Positions 36,501-45,400 of a stretch of DNA of 64,000 nt are shown piece after piece. The stretch is taken from positions 22,726-86,725 of the forward strand of contig JAVEYG010000015.1 in the NCBI GenBank assembly GCA_034003625.1, read 5' to 3'. Numbering within the stretch: position 1 is the stretch's first letter; the number at the start of each line of letters is the position of its first letter. The notes beneath the pieces are model-generated. The model was not told the DNA's origin, ran no database searches, and saw nothing but the letters and a program-made list of their open reading frames with translations. The translations under genes were made by a program, and so were the position numbers. This DNA is from Prolixibacteraceae bacterium. GTDB taxonomy: Bacteria; Bacteroidota; Bacteroidia; Bacteroidales; Prolixibacteraceae.

Positions 36501-39400
36501 ATTCGGACAAAATAATCAGGGAGCATGTACTCAGGGAGCAACCGGCTGAGATGTTCTTTGATCTCATCTGGTCCGGTTTCGCTTTCGGCTGTAAAATAAA
36601 GTGCCAGTTGTTTCCCGTCTTGTTCCTGAATAACAATCACTTTTGCCTGCGAAACACCGGAACATGTTTCCGCCGTATTTTCAATCTCCCCGGTTTCAAT
36701 CCGGAACCCTCTGATTTTTAGCTGGTCGTCATTTCTGCCCAGAAAATGAATGTTTCCTTCTTCATCCCACTGCGCCAAATCTCCCGTACGATATAGTTTT
36801 TCACCCGGCACAAACGGATTTTCGATAAAACTTTTCCGGTTCAAATCCGGGCGGTTCACATAGCCGCGTGAAACACCTACGCCTCCTGTACAAAGTTCGC
36901 CGGGCACCCCGATCGGGCAAAGGTTGTCCTGCCCGTCCAGGATGTAAACTGTTGTGTTGGCTACAGGATTGCCTATAGGAATATCCTCCTGAAATTCCCT
37001 GTTAATCCGGAAAGTTGTAGTGAAAGTCGTGTTTTCGGTTGGGCCGTATACATTGCTAAAAACGACCTCCGGATAATTTGAAACAAAAAGATTGGAAATG
37101 TGCGGAGGCATTTTGTCCCCTCCTGAAAGGACCTCTTTTATCCCTTCGAAAAGTTTTAGCTGATGCTGCAAATCCGCTTCGAGGGCGCGGCTGAAAAAGC
37201 CGGTTGAAAACAATACTTTATTGATTCGGTAGGTGGAAAAGTAATTTTTCAGTTTTTCAGGATCAAGGTAGTCTTCCGTGTTTTCGAGGAAAAGTGTCCC
37301 GCCGTTCAGCAGGGACCCCCAAATGTCCATCGTGGTTGCATCGAAGGAAACGGACGACGTAGAGAAAATCCGGTCTGTTTCACTGAAATGCGTATAGTTG
37401 GTGTTGCGCACCAGGCGAACGACGGATTTATCTTCAATCATGCTGCCTTTCGGTTTGCCTGTTGAACCGGAAGTATAAAGAATATAAGCCAAACCTGAAG
37501 ATTTTTTCTCATGCTGCACAGGCTGAAAATCCGCTGCCTTGCCGAACAGTTTTTGGTTAACGGAAATGGTGTGGGCAACGTCAAATTGAGTTTCACGGTG
37601 ATCGTCGGTCAGCAGAATTCTGACCCGGGCGTCTTCAAAAATCGTTCTGATCCGCTCATCCGGGAATTTGGAATCGAGCGGCAGGTATGCGCCTCCTGCT
37701 TTAAGCACGGCCAAAATCGAGATAATAAGTTCATGCGAACGCTCCATCAAAACGGCGACCGGTTCTTCAGGTTGTAAACCCCTTTCCTGCAGGATTCCGG
37801 CCAGAACATTGGCTTTTTTGTTTAGTTCGGTATAACTGAGCGGCTTCCCCTGGTAAACGACAGCCGGCTTTTCCGGATATTTTTGTGTAATTTCTTCAAA
37901 CAAAGCGGCAATGGTTTTGTCGTTCGGGAATTCACGCTGTGTGTCGTTAAACTCAGTCAGAATCTGTTGCTTTTCCTTTTCAGTAATGATTTCAATCCTG
38001 CCGGTTTTTTTATCCGGTTCATTCAAAATATTCTGAAGCAGTTGCAGGAAATGTTTTCCCAATCGTTCTATGCGCCCGACGCTGTAGAGGTCGGGATTGT
38101 AAATCAATCCCAGTTTTATTCCCGAATCAGATTCTTCAAAATTAAAATGAAGGTCCATTTTACTGAAGGTGATTTCGGGTTTAATGGCCGTGGTTTTGAC
38201 GCCCCCGAACGGGAAGAAACCGTCATCTGAATCCTGCAGCGAAACCATAATTTCGAACAATGGGTTCCGGCTGGTATCGCGTTCCAGGTTTAAATCCTCA
38301 ACCAGCAGATCGAAGGGATAAATCTGGTGATCATACGCTTCGATACAATTGTGCTTCACCTGTGTCAGAAAATCACGGAACGATATCGCAGGGGCCACTT
38401 CATTCCGCAGTGAAATGGTGTTGACATAAAAACCGACCTGGTCTTCCAAATTTTTTTGCTCCCTTCCCGAAACGGGCGAACCGATCGTCAGGCGGCTTTT
38501 CCCGGTATATTTATTCAGCAAAATATTCACCGCAGAAACAAGAAACATAAACAGGCTGGTATTATTTTGGCTGATCAATTTACTGATCCGGTCATGGAGC
38601 GATCCTTCAATTTCTATTTCGTGCAGCCTGCCGTTAAAGGTTTTATATGAAGGCCGTTTTCTGTCGGGCGGCAATTCTGAAATATCCTGTTCTCCTCCGA
38701 GTTTTTCGATCCAATAGTTTTTATATTTTTCAGCTTTTGCGCTGTTCAGGAGTTGTTCGTGCCGGCGCACAAAGTCTTTATACTGAAATTTCAGCGCAGG
38801 CAACGGATTGGGTTGTCCTTTGCAAAAGGCGTTGTAAAGTCGGGTCAGTTCCGAAATCAGCACCCCGATCGACCATCCGTCGCTGATGATGTGGTGCATG
38901 TTGAACAGCAACAGGTACTTTTCTTCCTGTAACTTCAGAAGCCGGCTGGTTAAAAGGGGTGCAACGGAAAGGTCGAAACAACGATTGGTTTCTTCCTGCG
39001 TTAAGGTTGAAACTTTTTGTTGCTGTTCCGGATCATTGCTCAGGTTTGTTACCGGCAGACTGAAATCGATGCGGTCAAATATTTTCTGATATGGCGCCCC
39101 ATCGGTTTCGACAAAGCTGGTCCGCAGTATTTCGTGGCGCCGGATAATTTCCCGGAAAGCTTTTTCCAGCGCCTCCACGTTTAGTTTTCCTTCAAAAACC
39201 AGGGAGGCCGGTAAATTGTAGGCCGGTGAGCGATCCATCTTGTCGATAAACCAAAGCCGCCGCTGTGCGTATGAAGCCGGCGCCACACTGTATTTCGATT
39301 TGTTGCCCGACAAAACGCCCGTCTGCCTCAATTCTTCGAGGGCAGACAGATCGCCGGCCAACGCTCTTTGTTTTAACTCCTTGATTTTATTCGTCTTCAT
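21599..39400 (-). CDS. Hybrid NRPS-PKS megasynthase: C-A-T, C-A-T, KS-DH-KR-ACP, C-A-T, C-A-T-TE
   Basis: The likely start is ATG 39398-39400 (MKTNKIKELK..), which overlaps the upstream NRPS stop by 14 nt. The ORF-track start 39487 lies inside that gene. C-domain HHxxxDG motifs are at 38891, 35741, 28142 and 25028. A3 motifs are LAYILYTSGSTGKPKG, TAYVIFTSGSTGKPKG, PAYVIYTSGSTGQPKG and NAYVIYTSGSTGMPKG. Carrier GGxS sites are FFSMGGHS, FFDIGGNS, YYDLGGDS, FFDLGGHS and FFETGGNS. KS, KR and TE motifs are listed as separate features. Confidence 0.95.
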   Translation of the reverse strand: MKTNKIKELKQRALAGDLSALEELRQTGVLSGNKSKYSVAPASYAQRRLWFIDKMDRSPAYNLPASLVFEGKLNVEALEKAFREIIRRHEILRTSFVETDGAPYQKIFDRIDFSLPVTNLSNDPEQQQKVSTLTQEETNRCFDLSVAPLLTSRLLKLQEEKYLLLFNMHHIISDGWSIGVLISELTRLYNAFCKGQPNPLPALKFQYKDFVRRHEQLLNSAKAEKYKNYWIEKLGGEQDISELPPDRKRPSYKTFNGRLHEIEIEGSLHDRISKLISQNNTSLFMFLVSAVNILLNKYTGKSRLTIGSPVSGREQKNLEDQVGFYVNTISLRNEVAPAISFRDFLTQVKHNCIEAYDHQIYPFDLLVEDLNLERDTSRNPLFEIMVSLQDSDDGFFPFGGVKTTAIKPEITFSKMDLHFNFEESDSGIKLGLIYNPDLYSVGRIERLGKHFLQLLQNILNEPDKKTGRIEIITEKEKQQILTEFNDTQREFPNDKTIAALFEEITQKYPEKPAVVYQGKPLSYTELNKKANVLAGILQERGLQPEEPVAVLMERSHELIISILAVLKAGGAYLPLDSKFPDERIRTIFEDARVRILLTDDHRETQFDVAHTISVNQKLFGKAADFQPVQHEKKSSGLAYILYTSGSTGKPKGSMIEDKSVVRLVRNTNYTHFSETDRIFSTSSVSFDATTMDIWGSLLNGGTLFLENTEDYLDPEKLKNYFSTYRINKVLFSTGFFSRALEADLQHQLKLFEGIKEVLSGGDKMPPHISNLFVSNYPEVVFSNVYGPTENTTFTTTFRINREFQEDIPIGNPVANTTVYILDGQDNLCPIGVPGELCTGGVGVSRGYVNRPDLNRKSFIENPFVPGEKLYRTGDLAQWDEEGNIHFLGRNDDQLKIRGFRIETGEIENTAETCSGVSQAKVIVIQEQDGKQLALYFTAESETGPDEIKEHLSRLLPEYMLPDYFVRMKELPLNQNGKVDTKALPKPENRTEESPGGVAASGQTQKALAKIFGEILDRKLVPVNAGFFSMGGHSLKAIRAVSAIQKELSVKLSLKEFFAASDILALEKIIRNKKKETLGVIPLVPEAEYYELSHAQKRLWVLNKIEKSQSTYNIPLAVTIYDELDIEALQSSFDDMIQRHESLRTAFIEIDGTPYQKVIAAQHIPVQIVDFSKENDPDAMAFDFVVEEAHRPFNLDESPLIRLAVIRTAARKQILFINIHHIVCDGWSVNIMVDELFGGYKKHLNREPVLPGRLAIHYKDYASWLNEKVAGTNSTDDRNYWLQKLDGEITPLDLPCDFARPPVKTYEGDSNWFTFPPEIKKKLDVFSSEKRSSLFMTLTAALKVLLYRYTAKEEIVIGTPVAGRNHPDLEDQVGYYVNTLALRDHINPKKSFAGFLEQVKETATDAYSHQMYPFDKLVEELKLPRDTSRSPLFDVMIVLQNTDLTFRETFSRVEPLRIPMSISKFDLTFNFNDSGENLDLLIEYNTRLFRKERIEQMASHLLVLLQEAIANPTQSVRSVNILSDSEKENLLVKYNDTKTSYPEEKTIIDLFEETAAKYPSNVAVVYNGRSLTYAELNARAEKMAGAILSHYPVEPGEPVGVLVSPSENIPVVLLAILKAGGAYVPIDPEYPDERIGHILSESKMNLILAENKEYDRLQTICRDFPACRIYNIEQTTDDAATDNLPVSRYSGPDTTAYVIFTSGSTGKPKGCPISHRNLVRLFVNDRSHFDFGPSDIWIMAHSYCFDFSVWEMYGALLFGGKLIVPDRNDVRDISAFVRLVNRHRVTVLNQTPGAFYKFIDTVLRIPGKTLDLRYVIFGGDKLDPSKLVKWINTYPAEKVRLINMYGITETTIHVTYHRLTDEEILNNDGSSNIGVPLPETRVYILDEALQPAPAGVYGEIYVAGTGLGKGYLNRPELTAERFIDNPFENNEKMYKSGDVGRWLFDGTMEYLDRSDNQVQIRGFRVETAEIEMQLRQHPAVSDTVVIAVDKEGTKELAAYLVAKEEVKINELKSFLSSSLPAYMVPSFFIQLEKIPLTTNGKLDKKALPPAIQNIATGAVFQTPETKIEASLLELWQEVLAVENISIYDNFFDIGGNSILLVKLHGKINERYPGALEITDLFSKSKIAEQAACIAQKTDAEAETHSKQNQREAEKLHDIAIVGIASRIGACETPEDFWKELCNGTDFIRPMPAERIPDIQNLAALHDFDPERLRFREYCYLPEVDKFDYGFFKLSPSEASVIDPGQRLFMETAYHAMEDAGYGGTKLWGSRTGVFIGASDNLGEYSKFVEASENPDPNLLFAAQTPSILASRLSYHFNLKGPALLIDTACSSSLVALHLACQSIREGKIDAAIVGGTKLHLLPFDSGARMEIDSEDARAHSFDDSANGTGGGEGVIALLIKPLEKAVQDSDNIYAVIKGSAMNQDGNSNGITAPNADAQADVIDASWQDAGINPRTVTFIETHGTATKLGDPIEIDGITKAFKRYTPEKRFCAVGAVKANIGHLDTVAGLAGVLKAIFSLKHKQLTPLVHFKTPNRNINFDDSAAYINKKLASWNNNGSPLRCGVSSFGLSGTNCHVVLEEAPTTREATRKSDETHLFVLSSRSKEGLVEYVQNIKEHIQRNPGISLENLCYTLATGRGHNTHRLAVLFKNEEELLQKLDLITKQGPVSAKDENIFFQHTKAVSASKKELLADELTENEIREISREINSQIKRGANSLGKKVAEAYVKGATVLWEDYFASSGVAKVSLPGYPFEKKRCWVQLKKAEKEPVLRWYGKKYERIFLDRCLLDTPAAAVYSRIFDDKNWLLNEHRVMGQPTLVGVSYLQMAWEAGRNHFKSDSLQIKDFYLLQPLTVTEKKETEVIITANKTDENQLDVRVHSKPDDGHWPEYAKFKVGPVLKKQPEQLDLGAIRATMPLSREIKHEENFPAGEIVQVSKKWNCLQKIWWNETEQLAELAVPPEDEQLAAGFYLYPPLADAALSFALDEPGFLPWSFGMVQLRKKAGNKLFSYVKIQNSTPETRSFDVVFTDESGEAVATFKNFTLKKAAQSKKIFHELVWKTWPLQKPGPETKGFPVVLFNHGSAPETVGAFRSAGATTLEISQDNFAEIFLNGFPEELIFLLPETTDEVTLEDRLSASLYSVFNLAKYISGHLASKTDLLLVGKNVHEVSGNEKYLNSLYNSVAGLGQVIGQENPNVRCRFLDVDEHTSVSEILDEVRVGFDESWYYRAIRNGERFIREIKLIHLNGQQPKTLRDGLYVITGGTGGIGLEMAEFLATSAKVKLALLNRSAFPPREHWNRLLQERTDEKLCRKIEKIQSIEDKGAEVSFHKADVADFNALKQTIENIKSLGAIRGVIHAAGVPGEGLIHKKDLGVFREVIRPKIHGTINLCRLLPDEKPDFFLMTSALTAILPTSGQSDYTAANNFLDAVCHELKRSGMNVLSINLTAWKETGMAFEHRVADDGVFKSIAPREAVDAIGKILLSGKTSVILGETDLSRLDLSAGLPFFFENEIITPSAKIQQNIIETEGKIALSGRENGNYSDYEKIIAEIWGNVLGYTELNINDNYYDLGGDSIHAIKISSLLEKQRLQVSIGDLFNYLTIAELAAFLEGKTAKAPKTEITAIVPAKKSDWYPVSAAQRRLFILDQLTTDKLSYHIPEIWNIKGNLRVDALIQAFRRLAERHEILRTSFDLVDDMPVQIVHEQVELNIPVLKMTEKEARNYIRSFIQPFDLGKAPLFRSAIIELSPDQHLVLFDAHHIVIDAFSMEILKKELFGFYDGKTPEPLRIQYKDYAIWQNSALKKEEISRQKEWWMEQFREEVPVINLPLDFPRSAGQSAEAGVVSFALDETLTAGIKKMSSGEGLSTFMILLAVYQMVMHKYTQQEDLVIGVTTTGRGDDDLSGLLGMFVNNLPVRVFPKENKRINDFLSEVRETAAQAFANQDYPFDELVENLNLKRDLNRSPLLDIVFSYMNFELSEVRGGDLQLSDYKAETILSSEYDLMLYGLEAQDKIFITVKYKKSLFKKESIERFAGHFIKTAEFITKNNRSARIGDLDFLLPAEKKLFHTFNQQYEEVNKGVSVFDLLQNSFTASREKTALLYKGKSMSYAELDEKSNRLANFLRKTCSAKFGDRIGIILDRDESMIVAMLGVLKSGAAYVGIDPAYPQQRIDYILNDSRAKALITTKELQPKTTGTEFRIVDIHDPALQKFSAQHPSVINTPDDPAYVIYTSGSTGQPKGVVITHKNLSVFLQWCRIEFKTTPFELVYAATSYCFDLSVFEIFYSLVAGKTIRVLKSALEIPDWLANDEKVLINTVPSLLAAIKDDLNPDDFSHLTAINLAGEQIPLALVEAIDCDRIEVRNLYGPSEDTTYSTVYRFSNKNKKVLIGKPVSNTQVYITDPKLKLVPPGHSGEICITGDGLAKGYLFKEELTNEKFVPSPFGKGKLYRTGDLGRWTETGDLEYLGRIDRQVKIRGFRIELGEIETNIRRYPGVENAVVIASEKDETRNIAAYLVTAPETDVNDLKEYLGKIMPAYMVPQYFVQIDSIPLTPNGKVDVKALPGPETTGGSMAEAEIEILDATEEKLAAIWKQTLGLERLSKYDSFFDLGGHSLKALRLISQINREMKQDFALTVIFEHPSVARFATFMKNAESGSRQSLSPLPRAAYYDVSHAQRRMWTFNRVEKNPVAYNIPVVFSVKSGIKVEALEKAFKALIRKYESLRTCFIEIDGEPKQVILDETGFAITISEITGKKDFAEESDGIIQNAITRPFDLSQAPLMRVDLIKNQNGTEYLLVINVHHIILDEWSIDILAKRLGIFYDHFAGIKIAKDERIFAPAAVQYKEFAHWQNVQIEQAVEHKNYWLGQFNDPVPVLDLPADFPRPKVKTFEGKTEAFALPASLSEGLRKLSAGNHSTMFITSLALFHVLFSKYAKQNDLVIGTPVANRDHPDIQDQIGFFLNTLALRNKCDQQESFKSFLKKVRENVLAAFSHQLYPFDMLVDDLQLNRDLSRSPLFDVMLIAQTPAGESVKVSSGLQMEPAEYDYPLSKFDLSISYYDDGNCLKYFFEYNTSLYRLERIRRMFDHFAVLVEGILSNEEKPISQLTIASSEEKTALMDLSKGIERKLLNRSVVSLIEKQAAQNADRTAIVFKRRKLNYAELNAKANRLAHMMIERGICPEDFIGVLSDRSEWSVISLLAILKAGAVYVPVDPNYPQNRIEYILKDSRCKLLITSKKLKGTIPFSPERLLETETLEEMLGQYASEDPNIDISVAPNANAYVIYTSGSTGMPKGVLGTHQCLLNLVEWQSETIEGQLKTLQFAPHSFDVSVQEMLFSMATAGALYLIENETRYKMSLIAEIIERESIEILTMPYSALNVFLSGLENPGQLRSLKHLITSGEQPFMNENLVRLLKKFPHLRFHNQYGPSETHVVTSFIFSGKDKNQPVKIPAGRPINNTQIFLLDAKMEPVPVGLPGDLYIGGFNVANGYLNKPDLTRERFIDNPFGNGKLYKSGDLARWNFNGELEFLGRDDGQVKVRGFRIELGEIESCLQKHPDIKEAAVKLVGEDENKEIAAYFTTSGEADSAILKNYLAGQLPAYMIPAYFVKLEQFPRTPSGKADLRSLPEPGSQDHAGHFDYAEPEGETEKAIAEVWQEILGRGKIGATDNFFETGGNSIKAIQLMSKVQKRLGKKTYLNLVFEQPTIRQMAHVIRETDERLKNLETDYILFNPKQKKKIFFMPPGIGYSFAYMEYAKYFDRFAICGLNFIESATPAKSMADILIDMQKDGAFYLFGHSAGGNMAFDVALELQQRGKPVGGIVLLDSYRQLEVIEWSENEYLNDAVLYIEQNHAEFLDEEIKDAALQKIVAYRRYLNARAETGFLNCPVVQIEADDEITDFGRKISRSAWSELCPTYETFEGFGGHMDMLKQPNIEKNARLTNRIIRRLMK
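21602..22300 (-). other. Terminal type I thioesterase (TE) domain
   Basis: FFMPPGIGYSF and GHSAGGNMAF (at about 22037-22066) lie at the extreme C-terminus, after the last T domain. Confidence 0.85.
28600..28860 (-). other. PKS acyl carrier protein (ACP) domain
   Basis: YYDLGGDSIHAIKISS, with the Ppant Ser codon at 28693-28695. Confidence 0.8.
28900..30240 (-). other. Ketoreductase (KR) domain with its structural subdomain
   Basis: Rossmann motif YVITGGTGGIG at about 29609-29645. The catalytic SDYTAANNF is at about 29138-29164. Confidence 0.8.
30270..31090 (-). other. Dehydratase-like (DH) domain
   Basis: LLNEHRVMGQPTLVG (HxxxG, His near 30975) sits about 60 aa after the YPFEKKRCWV post-KS linker. 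The boundaries are approximate. Confidence 0.55.
31655..32935 (-). other. Ketosynthase (KS) domain
   Basis: DIAIVGIASRIG at about 32921-32935. The active-site DTACSSS has its Cys codon at 32417-32419. Also ETHGTATKLGDPIE, GHLDTVAG and, at about 31655-31690, ..GTNCHVVLEEAP. Confidence 0.9.
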
Positions 39401-42400
39401 CTTCAAACTGTAATTCAGAAAGTAATTTAAGTTCTTCATCGGAGGCGGGAGCAATGGCCTGTGTTTCTTCTGTTGTTTCTTCCGCATCCACAGTGTCCAT
39501 GTTTTTTTTCACGGCTTCCGCCAAATCGGCCAGCACCGGGTGGTAAAAAATTTCCTTCAGCGGCAGATTCACATTTAGTTCTTTCTGAAGCCGCGAAATG
39601 AGCCGGACTGCGTTCAGGCTGTTGCCGCCGATCCCGAAGAAATTATCGTCCATGCTAATCTGCTCTTTTTGCAGGATTCCGTTGCAAATCCTTACGAGTA
39701 TGGCTTCGATTTCATCACCGGGAGCGCGGAAAGTCTCCTTTTTTAGCAAAGTCGAGGGATCAGGCAAGGCTTTTTTATCGATCTTGCCGTTGGACGAAAG
39801 CGGTATTTTTTCAAGTTGAATAAAACAAGACGGCACCATGTAATCGGGCAAAAACCGCCCCAGATGGTTTTTTAGCGCCGAAGTATCCACAGGCTTTTCG
39901 GCTGTAAACCATGCTGCCAGTTCCGTAGCGCCGTTTTCGCCAAAAAGGGCAACCGCACATTCGCCAACGCCTTCCATCCCGCTAAGGTGTTTTTCGATTT
40001 CCGGCAATTCAACCCGGTAGCCGCGGATTTTGACCTGTTCATCCATTCTTCCCAAAAATTCGATGTTGCCGTCAGGCCGAATTCGCCCGGCATCGCCGGT
40101 TTTGTATATTCGTGTTCCCGTGAGCGGGAATTGGATAAATTTCTCTGCCGATTTTTCCGGATCGTTCAGGTAAGCCCGCGCGAGGCCATTCCCGCCGATA
40201 CAAATTTCTCCCGGCACTCCCACCGGGCACACATTCAAATGCCGGTCGAGCACATAAATTTGCTGGTTCGGTGCCGGTTTGCCGATGGGCGCAATGTCCA
40301 CGTTTTCATTCATATCATCCGGATTAAAACGGAAAAATGACGACTCTACACAACATTCCGTCGGCCCGTAGAAATTGGTAACCCGTACCCCCCTGTTTGC
40401 TGAATTTTGATAAAAGTTGCGCACCAGTTTGTACGGTAAAGCTTCGGAACCCAGGAACAATTCTTTCAACCAGGGTTTCGCGGTTTCGCCAAAACCTTCT
40501 TCCAGCATCACTGCAAAAACAGACGGGGTGATATCGGCGATGTTGATTTTTTCATTCAGGATATAGTTTGAAATTTCCCGTGGATCAAGCCTTTTTTCAT
40601 TACTCAGGATATGCAGGATATTTCCGTTGCAGAGCGTAGCAAAAATTTGCTTCAGGGAGACATCGAATGCGAACGAACTGATCATTAATTCATTCAGAGG
40701 TTCCGGATACCGGGAATAAATATTGTAGTTCAGTGAGCCGATCAGGTTGCTCAATGCGCCATGTTCAACCATCACACCTTTAGGCGTTCCGGTAGATCCC
40801 GATGTGTAAATGACGTATGCAAGATTCCCGGCATTAATTTCCGGTTTTGTAAAAGATGAACTTTTTCCGGCAGTGCGGATGTCCAAAATGTTTGTTCCCG
40901 TCTCCGACAGATGGATTGTCCCGTCAGCCAGAACGGCTTTGGCGCGGCTGTCCCGGACAATAAATGCAGCCCTTTCCGGTGGCGTGTCTGTTGCCAGCGG
41001 CAGACAGGCGGCGCCTGATTTCATTATTCCAACAACCGCAGCAACCGACTGCACCGGATCATCCGTCATCACAACAATGATGTCTTCCCGTCCTGCATTC
41101 ACTTCTTCAATCAAAAGACCGGCAATGTTATCCGCCTGCAGGTTCAAATTACCATAACTCACTTTCCGGTCTTCATAAATCAATGCCGTTGCATCGGGAT
41201 GAACAGCGGCCTGTTCCTCAAATAATCCGGTGACATTTTTTCCCCGGGGCAGTTTTAACGCTGTTTTATTAAACTGAACCAGCAGTTGTTCTTTTTCTTT
41301 CTCCGGGAGAATGGAAAGAGCGCTAATCTTTTCCTCCGGCCCCGACAAGATACTTTCAATCAGTTGCCGGAAATGCTGCGCCATTCGTTCGATACGATTC
41401 TGCCTGAACAGGGATGTGTTGTATTCGATACTGAAAATGATTTCGCCTTTGCTTTCTTCGAACAGGAAAGTCAGGTCGAACATGCTCCGTGTGATGGGAA
41501 ATTCGATTCCTTTGGCGCTGACGCCACTGAATTCAAAATCCATTTCCATCCCGTTTTTGACCATCCAGGCCACCATCACGTCGAAAAGCGGGTTGCGGTT
41601 TTGCAGCCGCTCCACGTCCAGTTCGTCCACCAGCCGGTCAAACGGATACAATTGGTTGTCCAGTGCTTCATTCATGGTCTCGCTCACCTGCTGCAAAAAT
41701 TCCGGAAATGAATTTTCAGGCTGAACCTGGTTGCGAAGAACCAGCGTGTTGATGAAAAATCCGATTTGATTTTCCAGGTCATCATGCTGACGGCCGGCCA
41801 CCGGCGATCCGATAAGTATGTCTTCTTCTCCGGTATATTTGTAGAACAAAACATAAACGGCAGACAGCAAAGTCACAAACAGGCTGGCGTCCCGGCTGCG
41901 GCCCAGTTCGGCCAGCGCCCTTGTTTTTTCCAATCCCAACCGGAAATGAAGCAGGTTACCATCCAGTGGCAAATTTTCCGGACGTTTGTAATCGGTCGGC
42001 AGGTTGAGCAGCGGACGGGGTTTCTGCAGTTTGTTCAACCAGTAATCTTTAACGGATACAAGTGAACTTTCTTCCAGCATTTTATTTTGCCAGATCGCAT
42101 AATCTTTGTAGTGAATCCGCAACGGTCCAAGTGCAACTTCGGAATGGTTAAGATAAGCGTCGTATAAAATTTTCAGTTCTTTCAACATGTTGTCCAGCGA
42201 CCAGCCATCGCCGATAATATGGTGCATGTTGAACAGGAAAAGGTGTCGATCGGCTGAAAGACGGACGAGCCTGATCGCCATCAGCGGGAGTTTCGACAGG
42301 TCGAATTCTTTGTCAAACCAGGCAACGGCCAGTTCATTCAGGGTTTCCTTATTCCAATCACCACCGGCGTATTCCGCCGTTTCAATTTTAAAATCGAAAC

Positions 42401-45400
42401 GGGTTACTATTTTTTGAAAAGGCTCTCCGTCAATTTCGATAAAACAGGTTCTCAGCGATTCATGGCGCCGGACGATAGCGTTCCAGGCCTTTTCAAACAC
42501 AGCGACATCCAGATTCCCTTTCAAAAGCAAGGCGCCGGGCAGGTTGTACATGGCGCTTTGCCCCTCCAGTTTCGACAACATCCACATCCTGCGCTGGGCA
42601 TGGGAAAGCGGATAATAATCATTTTCTTCCGCCTTTTCAATCGGGTTGAAAAGAGAAGGATTTTTGGTTTTCAACAGTTTAGCGAGTGAAGCAACGGTTG
42701 CATGCCTGAACACTTCCCAAATAGTGACTTCGATATTAAACTCACGGTGAATCCTGGAAACCAGCCGAATGGCAATGAGGCTGTGCCCACCCAGTTTGAA
42801 AAAATTGTCGTTGGTATCAAGCTGTTCAACAGCCAGTAATTCTTTCCATATTTCACACAACTTTATTTCGAGTGCGTCGTCAATCCTGGAAATACCGCCG
42901 GCTTCCGGTGTTTTTTTCTGAGGAACCGGCAATGCTTTTTTATCTACTTTCCCATTGGCCGAAAGGGGAAGTTTTTCGAGTTCGGTGAACCAGGCCGGGA
43001 TCATATAATCAGGCAGATGCAGCGACAAAAATTGTCTCAGTTCGTCCGGATCGGTTTTAGACGAAACGGTGTAACAGGCCGCAAGTTCCTGATGGCTTCC
43101 TTCGCCGGTCAGGATAGCTGCAGCAGAATTTATCGTCGGATAATTCCGTATGCAGCTTTCAATTTCATTCAATTCGATCCTGAACCCGCGCAGTTTAACC
43201 TGGTCGTCAGCCCTTCCGGTGAGCAGGATGGCGCCGTCGTCCAGATAGCGGCCGATGTCGCCGGTGCGGTAAATCCGTTTTCCGGGAAGAAAATCCGTTT
43301 CGACGAATTTTTCGCGGGTCATTTCCGGCTGGTTCAGATAGCCTCTTGCCAGTCCTTCGCCGGCAATGCACAATTCGCCGTTCACTCCGGCAGGCGCCAT
43401 TTTCAAATTTTTATCCAGAATGAAAACCTGCACGTTGCCCAGCGGTTTTCCGACGGGAACGGCTTCAAAGCCGGATTGGTTTTGCAACGCAAATTCAGAA
43501 GTGATATTCAGAGAAGCGGATACGTCGCAGCATTCGGTGGGACCATATACGTTGCTGATCACGGGCGGCTGCTTGCCGGCCTGTTCAAACAATTTTTGTA
43601 CCGGACGCCACATGAGTTGCTGCCCGCCGATGACAAACCGCTGCGGCAAATAGTTCGGAACACCGGTCTGCAGTTCATCGAGCAGGATTTCCAAATGAAT
43701 TGGCGTGCCGTCGGAAACATCAATCCGGTGTGTTTTATAATATTCCAGCAGTTTTTTTCCGTTCAACCGGATATCATCGGGAACAATATCGAGGCAGTGG
43801 CCGGTTAACAGCGCATAAAAAATCTGTTTAACCGAGGCATCGAAAACAAACGGCGAAACCAAAGCTATATTTAAAGGCGCCGGAGGATTCCGATAAATTG
43901 CTGCATCGAGTCCGGCTACCAGGTTGCAGAGGCTGTGGTGCTCAACCATGACGCCTTTGGGCATTCCGGTTGACCCGGAAGTATATAAAACATAAGCCAG
44001 AGAAGACGCAGAAATGCTGACTGCGGGTAATCGACCCTCACTTTCATTTAATTTACCGGTATCGAGAACAGTAATACTTTCGCCGGCAATTTGCCGTGCC
44101 AACTTCATCAGGCTGTGGTCGGTCAGCAGCATTTTGCACCGGCTGTCTTTCAGCATAAAACGGAGGCGTTCCACAGGCAATTCGGGGCTGAGTGGCAAAT
44201 AAGCCCCGCCGGCTTTCAGGATACCGAAAATACCGATCACCATTTGTTCCGAACGCGGCAAAAGTAGAGCGACAATATCATCCGGTTCAATTCGATGCTT
44301 CAGGATCTCATGGGCAACAGCATTTGTTTTCCGGTCAAACTGGCTGTAAGTGAGCCTGGTGTTATTGAAAACCAGTGCAGTTTGTGATGGTGTTTTTCTG
44401 ACCTGTTTTTCAAACACTTCAGTTACAATCCTGTTGTCGATGCTGAGTTCGGGGCCGCACGCCATATGCCTCAGTGCCAGCTCTTCCGTGTGCTCCAGGA
44501 TGTTGATGTCCCGGATCGGAAGCCGGGGATTTTTTAGAACGGTATTCAGCAAGATATTCATGTGCCCGGTGAGCTTTTCGATCCGTTGCTGGTTAAATAA
44601 GTTGGTGTTGAAGCCAATGCAAAAATTTATTTTTTCGTCGTTTTCCGTGAATGTGAAAGTCAGGTCAAATTTGCTGATCGTAAAATCCACCGGATAAAAT
44701 GAAGCTTTGATTTCGTTCAGTCCCAAAGCAGTAACATCTTTGGTTTGATATTGCAGAAGTACATCGAAAAGGGGGGCGCGCGATGTATCACGTTCCAGGT
44801 CCAAATCCTGAACCAGTCGGTCGAACGGATAATTGCTGTTGGAGAAAGCCCCGGACGCGTTTACCTTCACTTCCTGCAAAAATTGCAGGAAAGTCTGTTC
44901 TGTTTTTATTTGATTTCGCAAAGCGACGGTGTTGAGGTACAAACCCACCTGGTTTTCCAGTTCGCGGCGGTTTCTTCCGGCCACGGGGGAGCCGATGAAA
45001 ATGTCTTCATCGGAAGTGTATTTATGAAGCAATACATTCACCGCCGCCAGCAGAATCATAAACGGGCTGACTTGTTGCTCTTTGCCGAAATTTTTCAGCC
45101 GGTGCCCGAGGGATTGATCCAGTTCGCTAAAAAGATATTTGCCCTCGTAAGTTTTTACAGCCGGGCGCATCCGGTCGGTTGGCAATTGCAGCGCGGGCAG
45201 GGGAGTTTTCAGGGTTTTCAGCCAAAATTCTTTTTCTTTCCTGAGCTTGCCGCTATCGAGTAGTTTTTTTTCATAATGGCAATAATCCTTGTACTGAAAA
45301 TGAAGAGGTTTCAGAATATCTTTTTGGATTTCAACAGAAAAAGAGTTATAAACCTTTGACAGTTCCTCCATGAGAATTCCGATGGAAAGCCCGTCGCCGA

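Noticed and set aside
39401-39487. ORF-track start of the NRPS-PKS gene at 39487 (MRKKQQKKHRPLLPPP..)
   Set aside because: This extension lies inside the 3' end of the upstream NRPS gene in another frame. ATG 39398-39400 (MKTNKIKELK) gives the usual short overlap and a sensible C-domain N-terminus.
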